Source: a bacterium (GTDB lineage: Bacteria; Zhuqueibacterota; Zhuqueibacteria; Residuimicrobiales; Krinioviventaceae). Taken from it: 64,000 nucleotides of DNA. The stretch lies in the NCBI GenBank assembly GCA_963674595.2, contig CAXXFV010000027.1:224001-288000 (forward strand). The letters run 5' to 3'. Positions 29,552-40,383 of this stretch are shown here, piece after piece. Positions within the stretch are counted from its first letter, which is position 1, and each line of letters opens with the position of its first letter. The position numbers and the translations under genes are program-made. A model generated the notes under the pieces. That model ran no database searches. It saw only the letters and a program-made list of their open reading frames with translations, and was not told the origin of the DNA.

Positions 29552-30790
29552 ATGGAGGTTAATCTCTTGTTACGAAACAAGATATTGAAAATCATTTTAT
29601 TATTTATAATTCCTGCAATTAACTTGTCACACGGGGAAACAATACTAAAAACAGAATGCGCACAACCCCCTGTCTATATCAATCAGTATATTGAAAGCGG
29701 TACACCATTAAACTGGGAAATCCTGCCGAATGGCATTGTCAACATCCGGATTTATTACGATAATCAAAAATTTTCAGAAAACAGGGCCGGGGGAAACTGG
29801 TACTTTCTGATGCAAGCAAAACCAGGATCAGAGCACACACTAGTTTTGGAGAATTTTCAAAGTATTTGGAATGGTAACAAATCAACTACTGTAAAAGAGC
29901 AGCCATGCTTTATATCAAATGACGGTAAAAACTGGAAGGCTAAAAAAACAGTCATTCTAGATAGCAACAGGATAGAACTCACGGTAAAAATGGACAATGA
30001 TTCTTTATTTATCGCAAAACTGGAACCTTACCGACTCTCTGATTTATCAAAATTATGTAAACAAATTTCCAGCAATCCTATGGTAAAAATATCTACAATT
30101 GGAAAATCAGTAGAAAAAAGAGACATTAAACTTTTACAAATAGGATCGGATCAGGCAAAACATCGGATTTTTCTACGAGCAAGAGCACATCCCTGGGAAA
30201 CCGCAGGTAATTGGATACTACAGGGACTCATAAATGAATTGTTAACACAGACCGGAGAAAACAATAATTTATTAAAAGATTTCTGTTTTTACATGATACC
30301 AATTGCCAACCCGGATGGTGTAGCACGGGGAATAACCCGTTTTAATATAAACGGTCAAGACCTTAACCGAAATTGGAACAAACCAGCGGATTTTAATGAG
30401 GTCCCTGAAAATTATGCTGTTGAAGAGTTTATAAAAAACCTTATTGAAAAGGGGAATAAACCGGATTTTGCGATAGATTTTCATAACGATCTTGATGGTA
30501 AAATCCATATTTCAACACCTGAAAAAGATAATAGTGATTACAAGGAAAATATCGCCAAGTTTGAAAATTTAACAAAAAAATATACCTGGTTCACAAGAGG
30601 CAGCTATATTAGCTCATCAATAAATCCCGGTACAATAGCTGATGGTTTGATCAACAGGTTCGGTATTGATGCCATAATTTTTGAATTTCACGCTCAATGG
30701 ATAGAAAAACTGGATAAAAATGCCAATGCAAATGACTGGCAAACATTTGGCCGTGATTTAGTTAACGTTTTTCAGCAATATTTTAAATAA
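29552..30790 (+). CDS. M14 family zinc carboxypeptidase, secreted (true start may be TTG 29567)
   Basis: RAHPWE (HxxE), NPDG, DLNRNW, DFH; SD GGAGG at 29554 precedes TTG 29567. Confidence 0.85.
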   Translation: MEVNLLLRNKILKIILLFIIPAINLSHGETILKTECAQPPVYINQYIESGTPLNWEILPNGIVNIRIYYDNQKFSENRAGGNWYFLMQAKPGSEHTLVLENFQSIWNGNKSTTVKEQPCFISNDGKNWKAKKTVILDSNRIELTVKMDNDSLFIAKLEPYRLSDLSKLCKQISSNPMVKISTIGKSVEKRDIKLLQIGSDQAKHRIFLRARAHPWETAGNWILQGLINELLTQTGENNNLLKDFCFYMIPIANPDGVARGITRFNINGQDLNRNWNKPADFNEVPENYAVEEFIKNLIEKGNKPDFAIDFHNDLDGKIHISTPEKDNSDYKENIAKFENLTKKYTWFTRGSYISSSINPGTIADGLINRFGIDAIIFEFHAQWIEKLDKNANANDWQTFGRDLVNVFQQYFK

Positions 30791-30858
30791 TTTTAACAAC
30801 TCGATTTTATTATTCCGTAAATTAACAATTTTTAAATACTCAAATCTGGGAATTTTCA

Positions 30859-32292
30859 GTGCTTTTTAATTCTATAGAATTCGTTATTTTTCTCCCCATT
30901 GTTTTTTTTATTTATTGGTTTGTCATTAACAAAAATCTGAAACAGCAAAATTTCTTTCTGTTGTTTGCAAGTTATGTCTTTTACGGTTGGTGGGACTGGC
31001 GATTTTTGTCACTTATATTTTTCAGCTCCATTGTAGATTTTGTGGTCGGCAAAAATCTGGCAAAACATACAAATCCTGTAAAAAGAAAAATGCTTTTATA
31101 TACCAGTATCATTGTAAATATTGGTTTTTTGGGTATTTTTAAATATTACAACTTTTTTGCAGAAAGCCTTGTTAATGCTTTTTCGTTTTTCGGAACACAT
31201 TTAAATATTTCCTCATTAAATGTCATTCTTCCAGTCGGTATCAGCTTTTATACATTTCAAACACTAAGTTATACAATAGATGTTTACAACAAAAAGCTGG
31301 AACCCACCCGTGATATTGTTGCCTTTTTTGCTTTTGTGAGCTTTTTCCCACAGTTGGTAGCCGGCCCTATAGAAAGGGCCAAAAACCTCTTGCCTCAATT
31401 TTATAAACACCGGACTTTTGATTATTCAAAGGCTACAGACGGTTTACGGCAAATACTATGGGGACTGTTTAAAAAAATCGTTATCGCCGATAATTGTGCC
31501 GTTTTTGTTAATCAGGTTTTTGGCAACCATCATAACTATTCGGCGAGCACACTAGTATTAGCTGTTGTCTTTTTTGCATTTCAAATTTACGGAGATTTTT
31601 CAGGATACTCTGACATTGCTATCGGAACAGCACGTCTGTTCGGATTTAGTCTCATGCGTAATTTTGCCTTTCCCTATTTTTCGCGTGATATTGCAGAATT
31701 CTGGAGAAGATGGCATATTTCATTGTCCACCTGGTTTAGAGATTATGTTTACATTCCACTTGGCGGCAGCCGCGGCGGAACATCAAGTAAAATTAGAAAC
31801 ACATTTATCATATTTATTGTCAGCGGATTTTGGCATGGTGCAAACTGGACCTTTATTGTTTGGGGATTTTTAAATGCACTTTATTATGTTCCTCTTATGA
31901 TCATGCAGAAAAACAGGACCAATTTAAATGCTGTTGCAGAAAATAAAATCCTTCCGAACTTGACAGAATTTTTGCAAATAACGCTCACCTTTTGTCTGAC
32001 ACTTTTTGCATGGATATTTTTCAGGGCAAATAATCTGTCCCATGCATTCTCATACATTTCAAGTATTTGCTCAACGTCTCTTTTCAGCATGCCGAACATC
32101 CCTTCAAAATCCATATTTGTCTTTCTACTGATCCTTGTTGCATTCGAATGGATACATAGGGACAAACAGCATGCATTGCAATTTAACAAAAAACTTCCGA
32201 TCGCTATTAACTGGTCAATTTATTATACCATTCTGGTGATTATCTTTTTATTCGGCGGACAGCAGCAGCAATTTATTTATTTTCAATTTTAG
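30859..32292 (+). CDS. MBOAT O-acyltransferase (AlgI/PatA-like)
   Basis: LPVGISFYTFQ, FFPQLVAGPI, DFSGYSD, EFWRRWHISLSTWFRDYVYIPLGG, GFWHGA. Confidence 0.95.
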   Translation: MLFNSIEFVIFLPIVFFIYWFVINKNLKQQNFFLLFASYVFYGWWDWRFLSLIFFSSIVDFVVGKNLAKHTNPVKRKMLLYTSIIVNIGFLGIFKYYNFFAESLVNAFSFFGTHLNISSLNVILPVGISFYTFQTLSYTIDVYNKKLEPTRDIVAFFAFVSFFPQLVAGPIERAKNLLPQFYKHRTFDYSKATDGLRQILWGLFKKIVIADNCAVFVNQVFGNHHNYSASTLVLAVVFFAFQIYGDFSGYSDIAIGTARLFGFSLMRNFAFPYFSRDIAEFWRRWHISLSTWFRDYVYIPLGGSRGGTSSKIRNTFIIFIVSGFWHGANWTFIVWGFLNALYYVPLMIMQKNRTNLNAVAENKILPNLTEFLQITLTFCLTLFAWIFFRANNLSHAFSYISSICSTSLFSMPNIPSKSIFVFLLILVAFEWIHRDKQHALQFNKKLPIAINWSIYYTILVIIFLFGGQQQQFIYFQF

Positions 32293-32300
32293 GAGTTTTT

Positions 32301-33206
32301 TTGAAAAAGTTTCTTAACAAAATGATGCTCTTTTTATTCATCGGTTTGGCAGGATTTTCAGGTTTTTCATTTTTATGTTTTGAAAAAACTAAAGTAACAA
32401 TAATTAATGACTTTCAACCTCCTGCAAATACAACAATTGTTTTTTGCGGTGATTCACGTACGGAAACTGCCTGCAACCCGGATTTGATTAAAAATTCCAT
32501 TAATATATCAAAATCCGGAGAACCGATTTTTTACACGTTTTACAAGTTACGACGTTTATTGGAACACAAACAAAATATACATACTGTTGTACTTGGTTTT
32601 TCCTTTCATTCATTGAATGATTTTCAGGATGACAAGTTATATGAATTTTTCCCAAGTTATTATTTAATTATGGATGATAAAGGGATGGATTATATAAACA
32701 ATAAATTCAACCAATATAACACTATATTAAAAAAACAAATAAAGTTATGCTTTAACAAAACCCGGGAACAGCAAGAATCACTGTGGGGTAGATATTATAA
32801 AAGTTATGGTTCTAAAGTAACGGATGAAACCATCAACTCGAGAATAAAAGGACATTTTTACAAAGACAATTCTTTACAATCCTATTCTCAAATACAAACC
32901 ATGTATATGAAGAAAATATTAGAGTTGATGCAACAAAAGCATGTTACACTCGTATTATTAAATACTCCGCTATATGCTGATTATCTTAAAAAGGTACCAC
33001 AAAAATATATCGATACATATTATGATTTGGTGAAAACATGGACCAAAGAATATAATTGTGTTTTTTTGGATTATAAGCAAATGCCGTTACCTAAAAATGA
33101 GTTTGGGGACGGTGATCATATAAACGCAAAGGGCGCGCAAAAATTTTGTCCGATACTTGCAGAGGATTTGTCTCAAATATCAGAAAAAGTGGCATCTTCC
33201 AATTAA
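32301..33206 (+). CDS. Membrane-anchored SGNH-like partner of the MBOAT
   Basis: N-terminal TM, GDS motif (CGDSR), C-terminal DxxH (DGDHIN); TTG start with SD AGGAG. Confidence 0.75.
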   Translation: MKKFLNKMMLFLFIGLAGFSGFSFLCFEKTKVTIINDFQPPANTTIVFCGDSRTETACNPDLIKNSINISKSGEPIFYTFYKLRRLLEHKQNIHTVVLGFSFHSLNDFQDDKLYEFFPSYYLIMDDKGMDYINNKFNQYNTILKKQIKLCFNKTREQQESLWGRYYKSYGSKVTDETINSRIKGHFYKDNSLQSYSQIQTMYMKKILELMQQKHVTLVLLNTPLYADYLKKVPQKYIDTYYDLVKTWTKEYNCVFLDYKQMPLPKNEFGDGDHINAKGAQKFCPILAEDLSQISEKVASSN

Positions 33207-33317
33207 TGATTGTTTTATAATAATAGATTTTTAAAAAATGAATTTGCATAAAAACAATTTTTTATTATAATATCATAAACAATTACTTGATGTCGTATAA
33301 AGACTTGAGGTATAATA

Positions 33318-34268
33318 ATGATTGTGAAATACTTTCCTCCCCTGTCGCTTGCCTGGAACCGCATGACAGCAGCTTTGTTCCATCCATTTGATATGAAAAA
33401 GTGGTTTGTTGTTGGTTTTACAGCTTTTTTAGCAGGTCTTTTAGAAGGCGGTAATGGAAGCAGCGGAAGCAACAATTTTTCAAAAAATGATGAATTTAGT
33501 CAAGATACGTTATCAGACATTTTAGACGCTCCAATACGATTTTGGGACTGGCTTCAGGATAACCCGCTGTATACGGCATTAATAGTTGTCGGCATCATCC
33601 TGGGTCTGCTTATTTTTGTTTTACTGACATGGGTCAGCTCCCGTGGAAAATTTATGTTCCTGGATAATGTTGTTAAAGACCAGGCCCTTATCTCTAAACC
33701 GTGGAATGATTTCGCCCATTTGGGTGATTCACTTTTTTTATTTAGAATCGTTTTAAATTTTTTAATACTTGCTTTAATAGGCATTCTTGTTGTTTTTGGT
33801 TACCTGTCTTTTATGCATGCATATCAAAGTATGGACTATTCCAAGATTCCCATCTTTCATTTAATAAAAATTGGACTGGTATTTTTTATTCTAATACTGG
33901 TCATATCTTATATAAGTATGTTACTGGACCATTTTGTTATCCCGGTTATGTATAAACACAATTTGACAATTATAAAAGCATGGAACCAGTTCCTAACCAT
34001 TCATTGGCAAAATTTACCCAATTTTATTATTTACGGTGTAATCGTTATGTTGCTAAGCATTGGGTTTGTGGTTTTATTTCTTGTTCTGGGGGTTATGACA
34101 TGCTGCTGTGGAATTGTCTTTTTACTCATCCCCTATATTAGTACCGTTATAACATTACCCTATCCCTACACCATTCGTGCCTATAGTCTTGAGTTTTTGG
34201 CACAATTCGGTCAAGACTTTGATCTTTTTCAGAGGTCTGAAATACTAACCGATAATGCAGAAATATAA
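33318..34268 (+). CDS. Hypothetical multi-pass membrane protein
   Basis: About 6 TM helices, Gly/Ser-rich loop, TCCCG motif. Confidence 0.75.
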   Translation: MIVKYFPPLSLAWNRMTAALFHPFDMKKWFVVGFTAFLAGLLEGGNGSSGSNNFSKNDEFSQDTLSDILDAPIRFWDWLQDNPLYTALIVVGIILGLLIFVLLTWVSSRGKFMFLDNVVKDQALISKPWNDFAHLGDSLFLFRIVLNFLILALIGILVVFGYLSFMHAYQSMDYSKIPIFHLIKIGLVFFILILVISYISMLLDHFVIPVMYKHNLTIIKAWNQFLTIHWQNLPNFIIYGVIVMLLSIGFVVLFLVLGVMTCCCGIVFLLIPYISTVITLPYPYTIRAYSLEFLAQFGQDFDLFQRSEILTDNAEI

Positions 34269-34284
34269 TATTATGGAGAAATGG

Positions 34285-34860
34285 ATGAAAGCTGTCTCTA
34301 CTTTGCTTGGTATGATAATTTTCATTTCATGCGCGGGCAATCAAATTATTAAATTGAATTTTACCGAAAAATTTGAAGGACAAACACAACTTGTTCTCGC
34401 ATCCCAGACTTCAAATGTCGATTTTACCGAAGATGTTTCAAAACGACTGCTTGGTATTTTTGCCAGTCACGCAAAAGTTAAAGTCAATTCCAATGTGACA
34501 TACGATTTTTATGTTGATTTTGATAAAGACGGTTATGAAGCAAAACTGGACAAAAAAACAAAAACATTATATTTTACAGCTCCAATAATTAAGGTAAAAA
34601 AACCGGTCATTAATGCCTCAAACGTCAGTTATCCGGAAACCGGGTTACTGGTTAATGAACCACAAGAGGCTGTTCGCATTCTTGAAAGTTTAACAGATAA
34701 ATTTATTGATGAAGGGAAACAGTTACTTGAGGAAGAACGGGTTCAAACGGAGTGTAAACAAAAATTAACAAATTATTTGGCGGGATTGACTAAAGAGCTC
34801 GGTTATGATATTGAACACATCAATGTATCCTTTAAGACAGGAGAAGAAAAAAAGTCTTAA
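34285..34860 (+). CDS. Hypothetical lipoprotein (DUF4230-like)
   Basis: SD GGAG before ATG 34285, lipobox FISC; ends L..LGY.....SF. Confidence 0.6.
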   Translation: MKAVSTLLGMIIFISCAGNQIIKLNFTEKFEGQTQLVLASQTSNVDFTEDVSKRLLGIFASHAKVKVNSNVTYDFYVDFDKDGYEAKLDKKTKTLYFTAPIIKVKKPVINASNVSYPETGLLVNEPQEAVRILESLTDKFIDEGKQLLEEERVQTECKQKLTNYLAGLTKELGYDIEHINVSFKTGEEKKS

Positions 34861-34897
34861 TTGAACGTTTTTTGTTATCTTTTCATATTAAAAAAGT

Positions 34898-35332
34898 TTA
34901 CAACTTTTTCTTTAACTTTTTAACAATTCCGGATCCGACCATTTTATCGGCAGCCAGAATTATTTTTTGAACAAGCTGTAATATATCCTCTTCACCGGCC
35001 CAGTGTCTTTTAACCACTTCAGGATCGACTTTATTCAACAAAGAATTAAGCACAAAGGCAACAAGCACAATATCATCAGCAAAGGCAATGGGGCCCAGAA
35101 TGGCCTCCGGTATAAAATCAAGAGGCGAAACAAAATAAGTTATGACCGCAACAAGTTTTACTTTTTCTGCGGGGGGCACGTCTTTATCTGTTGAAAGTTT
35201 TAAAATCAAATGAAACAGATCCGGTGCTAATAAAATATATTCTGCCCACCGATGTTCCTTACCCTCTTTAGATAACCAGGTTTTTATATTCCGCCGAAGT
35301 TTTTGGTAAAAATCGTTATTTGCGTTTATCAT
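34898..35332 (-). CDS. YkvA/DUF1232 family protein
   Basis: YFVSPLDFIPEAILGPIAFADD motif. Confidence 0.88.
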   Translation of the reverse strand: MINANNDFYQKLRRNIKTWLSKEGKEHRWAEYILLAPDLFHLILKLSTDKDVPPAEKVKLVAVITYFVSPLDFIPEAILGPIAFADDIVLVAFVLNSLLNKVDPEVVKRHWAGEEDILQLVQKIILAADKMVGSGIVKKLKKKL

Positions 35333-35341
35333 TTACATTCT

Positions 35342-36850
35342 CTAATCTACTACACTTGTATCTTTTTCAAAATCCCACATTGTTGTTTTTTTCAATTCGG
35401 CTATGGCTAATTTATAATCGATATACGCACCCAAATAAGAAAACTTGGCATTGGTTAATTGATTCCGTACAAGAGATAAGTCCTGGCTTGTGATATCTCC
35501 ATTTTCGAATCTTTTAAGAGAAATATCAAAAGCGCGCTGTGCTACATTTCTGTTCTTATCCAGCACATTTAGTCTGTTTTCAGCCTCTTTCAACTGGCTG
35601 ACCACATTTCTCACTTCACGCTCAATTGTTTTTTTCAATTCAACAAGATATAGTTCACTATTTTTCAAATCAGCCTTTGCAGCTTGAACCTGGGCTTTAT
35701 TGACACCCCAATCCCATAACGGAATTGTAAAATTAATTGCGACACCTCTGTTGTTAGGACGATCTTTTAAATCATCTATGCTGGAATTCCACAATGTACC
35801 AAGAGAAGAATTATATGAGATATAAGGATCACTTACACCTGTAATATCATAAAATGCCGATACATCTGCTTTTACTTCACTATAAGCGTCAACCTGTTTT
35901 ACGGAAATCTTTGCAAGTTCAATATCGATTTCAGTTTCACGCAGTTCCAAACGTTTATCTAGAGCAATTTCCACAGCCCTGGTTAAATCAACCGCGAATG
36001 GTTGAAAATCAAAATCAGTTTTTACGGTAATTTGGTCAGACAACTGCAGCCCAATTAGCTGTTTAAAAGAATCCAGCCGACGGCTTAATTCTCCCTGTGT
36101 GCTGACCAGATCGTTCTGTTGTTCCGCAAGATCAACCTCCATTTGCAGGGCTTCAACTTCAGGAATAAGTCCGGCTTCGTATTTCTTTTTACTTAGATCG
36201 TACAACTCTCTCTGCTGTGTTGTCGTTTCCTCAGCAATTTCCATTCGCCGGGTAGCCTGGTATAAACTAAAAAAGGCGGAAGTTACATTATAAACAATTT
36301 CCAACTCACTTCTTTTAAACCTTTTTAAGGTACTTTCATGATTTAAATTTGCCGTTTTTAAACCGAGTTTTAGCGTATTAATAGTGAATAAAGGCTGAGA
36401 AAAACGTAAGCTAAGAGAAGTGTAAATTTCTTTACGTTTTTCTTTTTCTAAAGAGCTGGTAAAGTTTGAAATATCTCTATGATAGGCATAAGAACGTAAT
36501 GTAAACAAACCATTGGTCGGTAAGGGCTGGTTAATATCCAGATTTCCCTGGTAAAGATACGTGCTGGTTGTGTTAAAAACGGGAAGAGCATTGGGCTGCT
36601 GTAATTCGCTGACGTGTTCACTCCATGTTGGTACCTGAAGATTCATTTCCGCATTGGTTTTAAAACGTCCTTTGGCGGCTGCAAGATTTTCTTCCGCTTT
36701 TATCAGACTTAACTTCATGGATTTTACCTGGTAACTTTTTTCCAGGGCAATATCGATTGCATTATTCAAGGTTAAAACTTTTGTTTGAGCAAACAAAGAT
36801 ATATACGATGAAAATATTATAAAAATAAAAATCCTTAATACAGTTATCAT
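35342..36850 (-). CDS. TolC family outer membrane protein
   Basis: Signal peptide from ATG 36850, LTLNNAIDIALEKS, QPLF, IPLWDWG. Confidence 0.88.
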   Translation of the reverse strand: MITVLRIFIFIIFSSYISLFAQTKVLTLNNAIDIALEKSYQVKSMKLSLIKAEENLAAAKGRFKTNAEMNLQVPTWSEHVSELQQPNALPVFNTTSTYLYQGNLDINQPLPTNGLFTLRSYAYHRDISNFTSSLEKEKRKEIYTSLSLRFSQPLFTINTLKLGLKTANLNHESTLKRFKRSELEIVYNVTSAFFSLYQATRRMEIAEETTTQQRELYDLSKKKYEAGLIPEVEALQMEVDLAEQQNDLVSTQGELSRRLDSFKQLIGLQLSDQITVKTDFDFQPFAVDLTRAVEIALDKRLELRETEIDIELAKISVKQVDAYSEVKADVSAFYDITGVSDPYISYNSSLGTLWNSSIDDLKDRPNNRGVAINFTIPLWDWGVNKAQVQAAKADLKNSELYLVELKKTIEREVRNVVSQLKEAENRLNVLDKNRNVAQRAFDISLKRFENGDITSQDLSLVRNQLTNAKFSYLGAYIDYKLAIAELKKTTMWDFEKDTSVVD

Positions 36851-36872
36851 AAACTGCCCTCCTGTAAAAATT

Positions 36873-38111
36873 CTACTCATAGCGTAAAGCATCTATCGGA
36901 TTTACATTTGCAGCCCTGCGCGCCGGAAACGTCCCAAAAATAATACCGACTGCTCCTGAAACCCCAAAAGCAACGATCACAGATATCGGAGTAATTGCTG
37001 TTTCAAATTCAGCAATACTATTGATACTAAGAGACATTGTAATTCCTAAAATAATACCGATAATTCCACCAGAAAGGCTCAGACCGACTGCTTCGATTAA
37101 GAACTGTGTTAAAATTTCATTTTGTCTCGCACCAAGCGCTCTTCGAATTCCAATTTCCCGGGTGCGTTCCAGTACTGTGGCGAGCATGATATTCATAATT
37201 CCAATTCCGCCGACAAGCAATGAAATAGCAGCAATGGAACCTAAAACAACATTATAAATTCTGCGTTCTTTTTCTTCCTGCTTAAGCAACTCAAAGGGTA
37301 TTATTATGGAAAAATCATTATTATCACGATGTCTTCTGTCGAGCAATTTTCGAATAACAGCGGCACTTGAAATTAAATCTTCGGATTCCTGAACTTTTAC
37401 GGTAATTTGATCAAGTTCACTGTCCAGTTCTCTTTCTTTATCAAACCGGCTTAACATTGTTGTCAGTGGAATATATATATCCTGGTTAAGGTCCCTGGCA
37501 GCTAATTCACCAACCGTTTCGGTAAAAAGCATTTTATTATCCATCACTCCGACAACCAAAAACCACTGATCGTCAAGTTTAATATAATTGTTTAAAGGGT
37601 TTGTAGCCCGAAATAATGAATTGGCAACTTCAGCGCCGATAACACAAACACGTGCTTCCTGATCATGGTGTTGTGCTTTTAAAAACTGTCCTGCTTTGGT
37701 TTCATAATTAAGGATACTTTTAAAATCCGGGGTAATTCCAACCAGAGTTACTTTGGTAGAACGGTCTTCAAATTTGGCTTCAACCTGTAATTCGGCCTGA
37801 GGGGCAACTTTATCAATTGTTGGTACAATTTTCTCAATGGCATTTGCGTCTTTAAGAGACAGGCCCCGTGAAAATTTGGCACGCATTTCTTCCAATTCTT
37901 TATCACTTAGATCTCTGTCACGAATAATTATATTATTAACTCCCAGAAATTTATATTTTTCCAATGCTTCACGTTTTGCACCTTCTCCTATTGAAAGCAT
38001 GGCTATAACAGCCCCAACACCAAAAATAATACCGAGCATTGTCAGGATTGAGCGTAACTTGTGAGTTTTTAATCCTTCCAATCCGAATAAAATTTTTTCT
38101 TTTAATTGCAT
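36873..38111 (-). CDS. MacB-type ABC permease without fused NBD
   Basis: RSILTMLGIIFGV, GGIGIMNIMLATVLERTREIGIRRALGA, FPARRAANVNPIDALRYE. Confidence 0.93.
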   Translation of the reverse strand: MQLKEKILFGLEGLKTHKLRSILTMLGIIFGVGAVIAMLSIGEGAKREALEKYKFLGVNNIIIRDRDLSDKELEEMRAKFSRGLSLKDANAIEKIVPTIDKVAPQAELQVEAKFEDRSTKVTLVGITPDFKSILNYETKAGQFLKAQHHDQEARVCVIGAEVANSLFRATNPLNNYIKLDDQWFLVVGVMDNKMLFTETVGELAARDLNQDIYIPLTTMLSRFDKERELDSELDQITVKVQESEDLISSAAVIRKLLDRRHRDNNDFSIIIPFELLKQEEKERRIYNVVLGSIAAISLLVGGIGIMNIMLATVLERTREIGIRRALGARQNEILTQFLIEAVGLSLSGGIIGIILGITMSLSINSIAEFETAITPISVIVAFGVSGAVGIIFGTFPARRAANVNPIDALRYE

Positions 38112-38138
38112 TACATTCCCTTAATTTACATGTAAGAT

Positions 38139-39128
38139 TCAGGATTTTTCATCGTTAAAAACACAACTGACTGTCATACCCGGTTTCTGTATTGAACTTG
38201 TTTCTTCCAGCAAAATTTCCACATCAAAAACTTTGATCAATGAATTTTCTTCTTTTTCATGACAGGTTTTACTTATATCTAAAACTTTACCTGAAAATTT
38301 TAATTTTGGAAAAGCGTCCAGCCTTATAGTAACTGACTGGTTTAAATAAATTTTATTAATATCTGCTTCACTAATACTCGTTAATACCTTCATTCGGTTC
38401 AAATCCGGCAAACCGATAAGAGCTTCTCCGGGATGAGCCGTATCCCCTACTTTAAATTTTTCGCGGCTGCGCCATCTTCGTCTCAGGTATTCCACAATTC
38501 CATCGGAAGGGGCCTTGAGTGTAAAGCGTTCTTTGGCAAGAATAGCTTTATCTATTGCAGATTCAAGTTGTTTGATTTCTTTCTTTTGAATTAGTATAGA
38601 TTCTTTTTGAATAATACCTGTATGTTTAATTTTTGATATGTTGTTATCATAATCGATTTGGGCAATTTTAAATAAAAGTCGCTGTTTTTCCTTTTTCACA
38701 GCTGATTCAAAACGAACCCGTATTGTATCAAATGCTGCTTGTTCAAACGCCGCTTTTGCGCTTTGCAGGTCAGCTTTTTCCGATTTTATCTGATTTTCCT
38801 GCTCAACATACATTCGAAGTAATTCTGCCTGGGCTATTTCCAACTCGGTTCTTTTCTGACCAAGTTCCTTAACGACTCCTGACGTATCTATCTGCAAAAC
38901 AAAATCACCCTTTTTTACACGTGCCCCTTCTTCTATCATTTTTACTATTTTCGGTTCTCCATAAGACCAATTAAAAGTAGGCATTTGTATATGTTTTGAA
39001 TTAACAGCCTGTAATTCTCCTGTTTCAACAAGTTGTTTAAAATTTTGCTTATTAACGTTTGTTACTACAGATTTGTCCTTGCCGCAAAAAATAAAAAACA
39101 AAAGAAAGAGAGCAAGTGTCCTTTTCAT
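38139..39128 (-). CDS. Periplasmic adaptor (MFP) 3, lacking the C-terminal membrane-proximal segment
   Basis: ETGELQAV, LKAPSDGIV, LPDL, KPGMTV; ends right after the beta-barrel. Confidence 0.85.
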   Translation of the reverse strand: MKRTLALFLLFFIFCGKDKSVVTNVNKQNFKQLVETGELQAVNSKHIQMPTFNWSYGEPKIVKMIEEGARVKKGDFVLQIDTSGVVKELGQKRTELEIAQAELLRMYVEQENQIKSEKADLQSAKAAFEQAAFDTIRVRFESAVKKEKQRLLFKIAQIDYDNNISKIKHTGIIQKESILIQKKEIKQLESAIDKAILAKERFTLKAPSDGIVEYLRRRWRSREKFKVGDTAHPGEALIGLPDLNRMKVLTSISEADINKIYLNQSVTIRLDAFPKLKFSGKVLDISKTCHEKEENSLIKVFDVEILLEETSSIQKPGMTVSCVFNDEKS

Positions 39129-40366
39129 TTATCTCCTCCCTTTTCTTTCTTTTCTTTATCCATTTTTAGTTGTTTTGGATCAGTTAATGCAATAATATCC
39201 CCTTCTTTTAGTCCTTTGGTAATAATTACAAAATCATCATTCTCTTTACCGATTTCAACAGAATGCTTTGCAAAATCACTACCCTTTTTAAGAAAAACAT
39301 AATAATCCCCGGCGTTTTGAAACAACGCTTCAAGAGGAATAAACAGAGTGTCCGGAATTTGATCAACGATAATTTCACAATTAACCGTCATTCCCGGCAT
39401 AAAAGTACTGTCACTTTCTAATATTAAAACAGTAACATCAAAAACTTTAACTTTTGAATCTTTGTTTTTGTTATGTGCTAATGTCGCCATTTGCACAACC
39501 TTGCCGGCGTAACTTGTATCAGGATAGGCATCAAGTCTTACATTAACAGGCTGCAGAGTATCTATTTTTGCAATATCAATCTCATTAATTTCAACAAGCG
39601 CCTGCATCTGACTTAGATCCGGCAGACCAATAATCGGCCAGCCCGGCCACAATTGATCATCAACCTGATATTTTTGCTGCGTCATCCAGCTTTTTTGAAG
39701 AATGGCGATACCTGGATTTGGGGCCTTTATTGTTAATTTATCAAGTGTTTCAAGTGCCTCTGCATGCTTGTCTTTGGCCTGATTTACCTTTAGGGTGAGT
39801 TTGCCGATTTCTTCATCATTAATTTTTTTCTGGTTTTCAATTTCCTGTTTTGCCTTTTCGAGCGCGATTTTTGCCTTTTCCAAATTGAGTTCTATTTCTT
39901 TACGGTCAATTTCAGCTTTAAAAACAGCCTGTTCAAGGTCCAGTTCATGTATTCTTAATTGCAACTCACTTTTTTTAACATTTGATTCCATTTCCTCAAT
40001 TTTTGACTCATTTGTAGCCAAAGCCTTTCTTAATTCAGCTTCCGCCATTTCAAGTTCAGATACGGCATCATCAAGCCCTTTCTGAACTTCAGATTTGTCA
40101 AATTCGACAACAACTTCATCTTTTTGCACTTGCTTACCGTCAGGAACCAACTTGGAAATTTTCAATGGTCCGAACCGCCAGTTAATCGTTGGTGATGTAA
40201 TTGTTTGTGAATTAACTGCCTCAAGTTCACCTGTTTCCGTAACGGAAGAAATGAAATTTTGCTTTACTACTGTAAAAGTTTCAACCTTTATGGAATTATC
40301 ATTGTGGCATGCCAACAGAAACAAAAATAATGTAATTAATATCGTTTTATAAAGTTTGAAAATCAT
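39125..40366 (-). CDS. Periplasmic adaptor (MFP) 2, lipoprotein
   Basis: LLAC lipobox, ETGELEAV, IKAPNPG, LPDLS, MPGMTV, IPLEAL, GLKEGD. Confidence 0.88.
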   Translation of the reverse strand: MIFKLYKTILITLFLFLLACHNDNSIKVETFTVVKQNFISSVTETGELEAVNSQTITSPTINWRFGPLKISKLVPDGKQVQKDEVVVEFDKSEVQKGLDDAVSELEMAEAELRKALATNESKIEEMESNVKKSELQLRIHELDLEQAVFKAEIDRKEIELNLEKAKIALEKAKQEIENQKKINDEEIGKLTLKVNQAKDKHAEALETLDKLTIKAPNPGIAILQKSWMTQQKYQVDDQLWPGWPIIGLPDLSQMQALVEINEIDIAKIDTLQPVNVRLDAYPDTSYAGKVVQMATLAHNKNKDSKVKVFDVTVLILESDSTFMPGMTVNCEIIVDQIPDTLFIPLEALFQNAGDYYVFLKKGSDFAKHSVEIGKENDDFVIITKGLKEGDIIALTDPKQLKMDKEKKEKGGDK

Positions 40367-40383
40367 TGGGACCCTCTTCCCTT

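Noticed and set aside
22356-35332. Genomic island integrated at selC
   Set aside because: Strand switches and accessory-type genes follow the tRNA, but I saw no integrase, transposase or duplicated tRNA 3' end. A self-BLAST of 22330-22355 would settle it.
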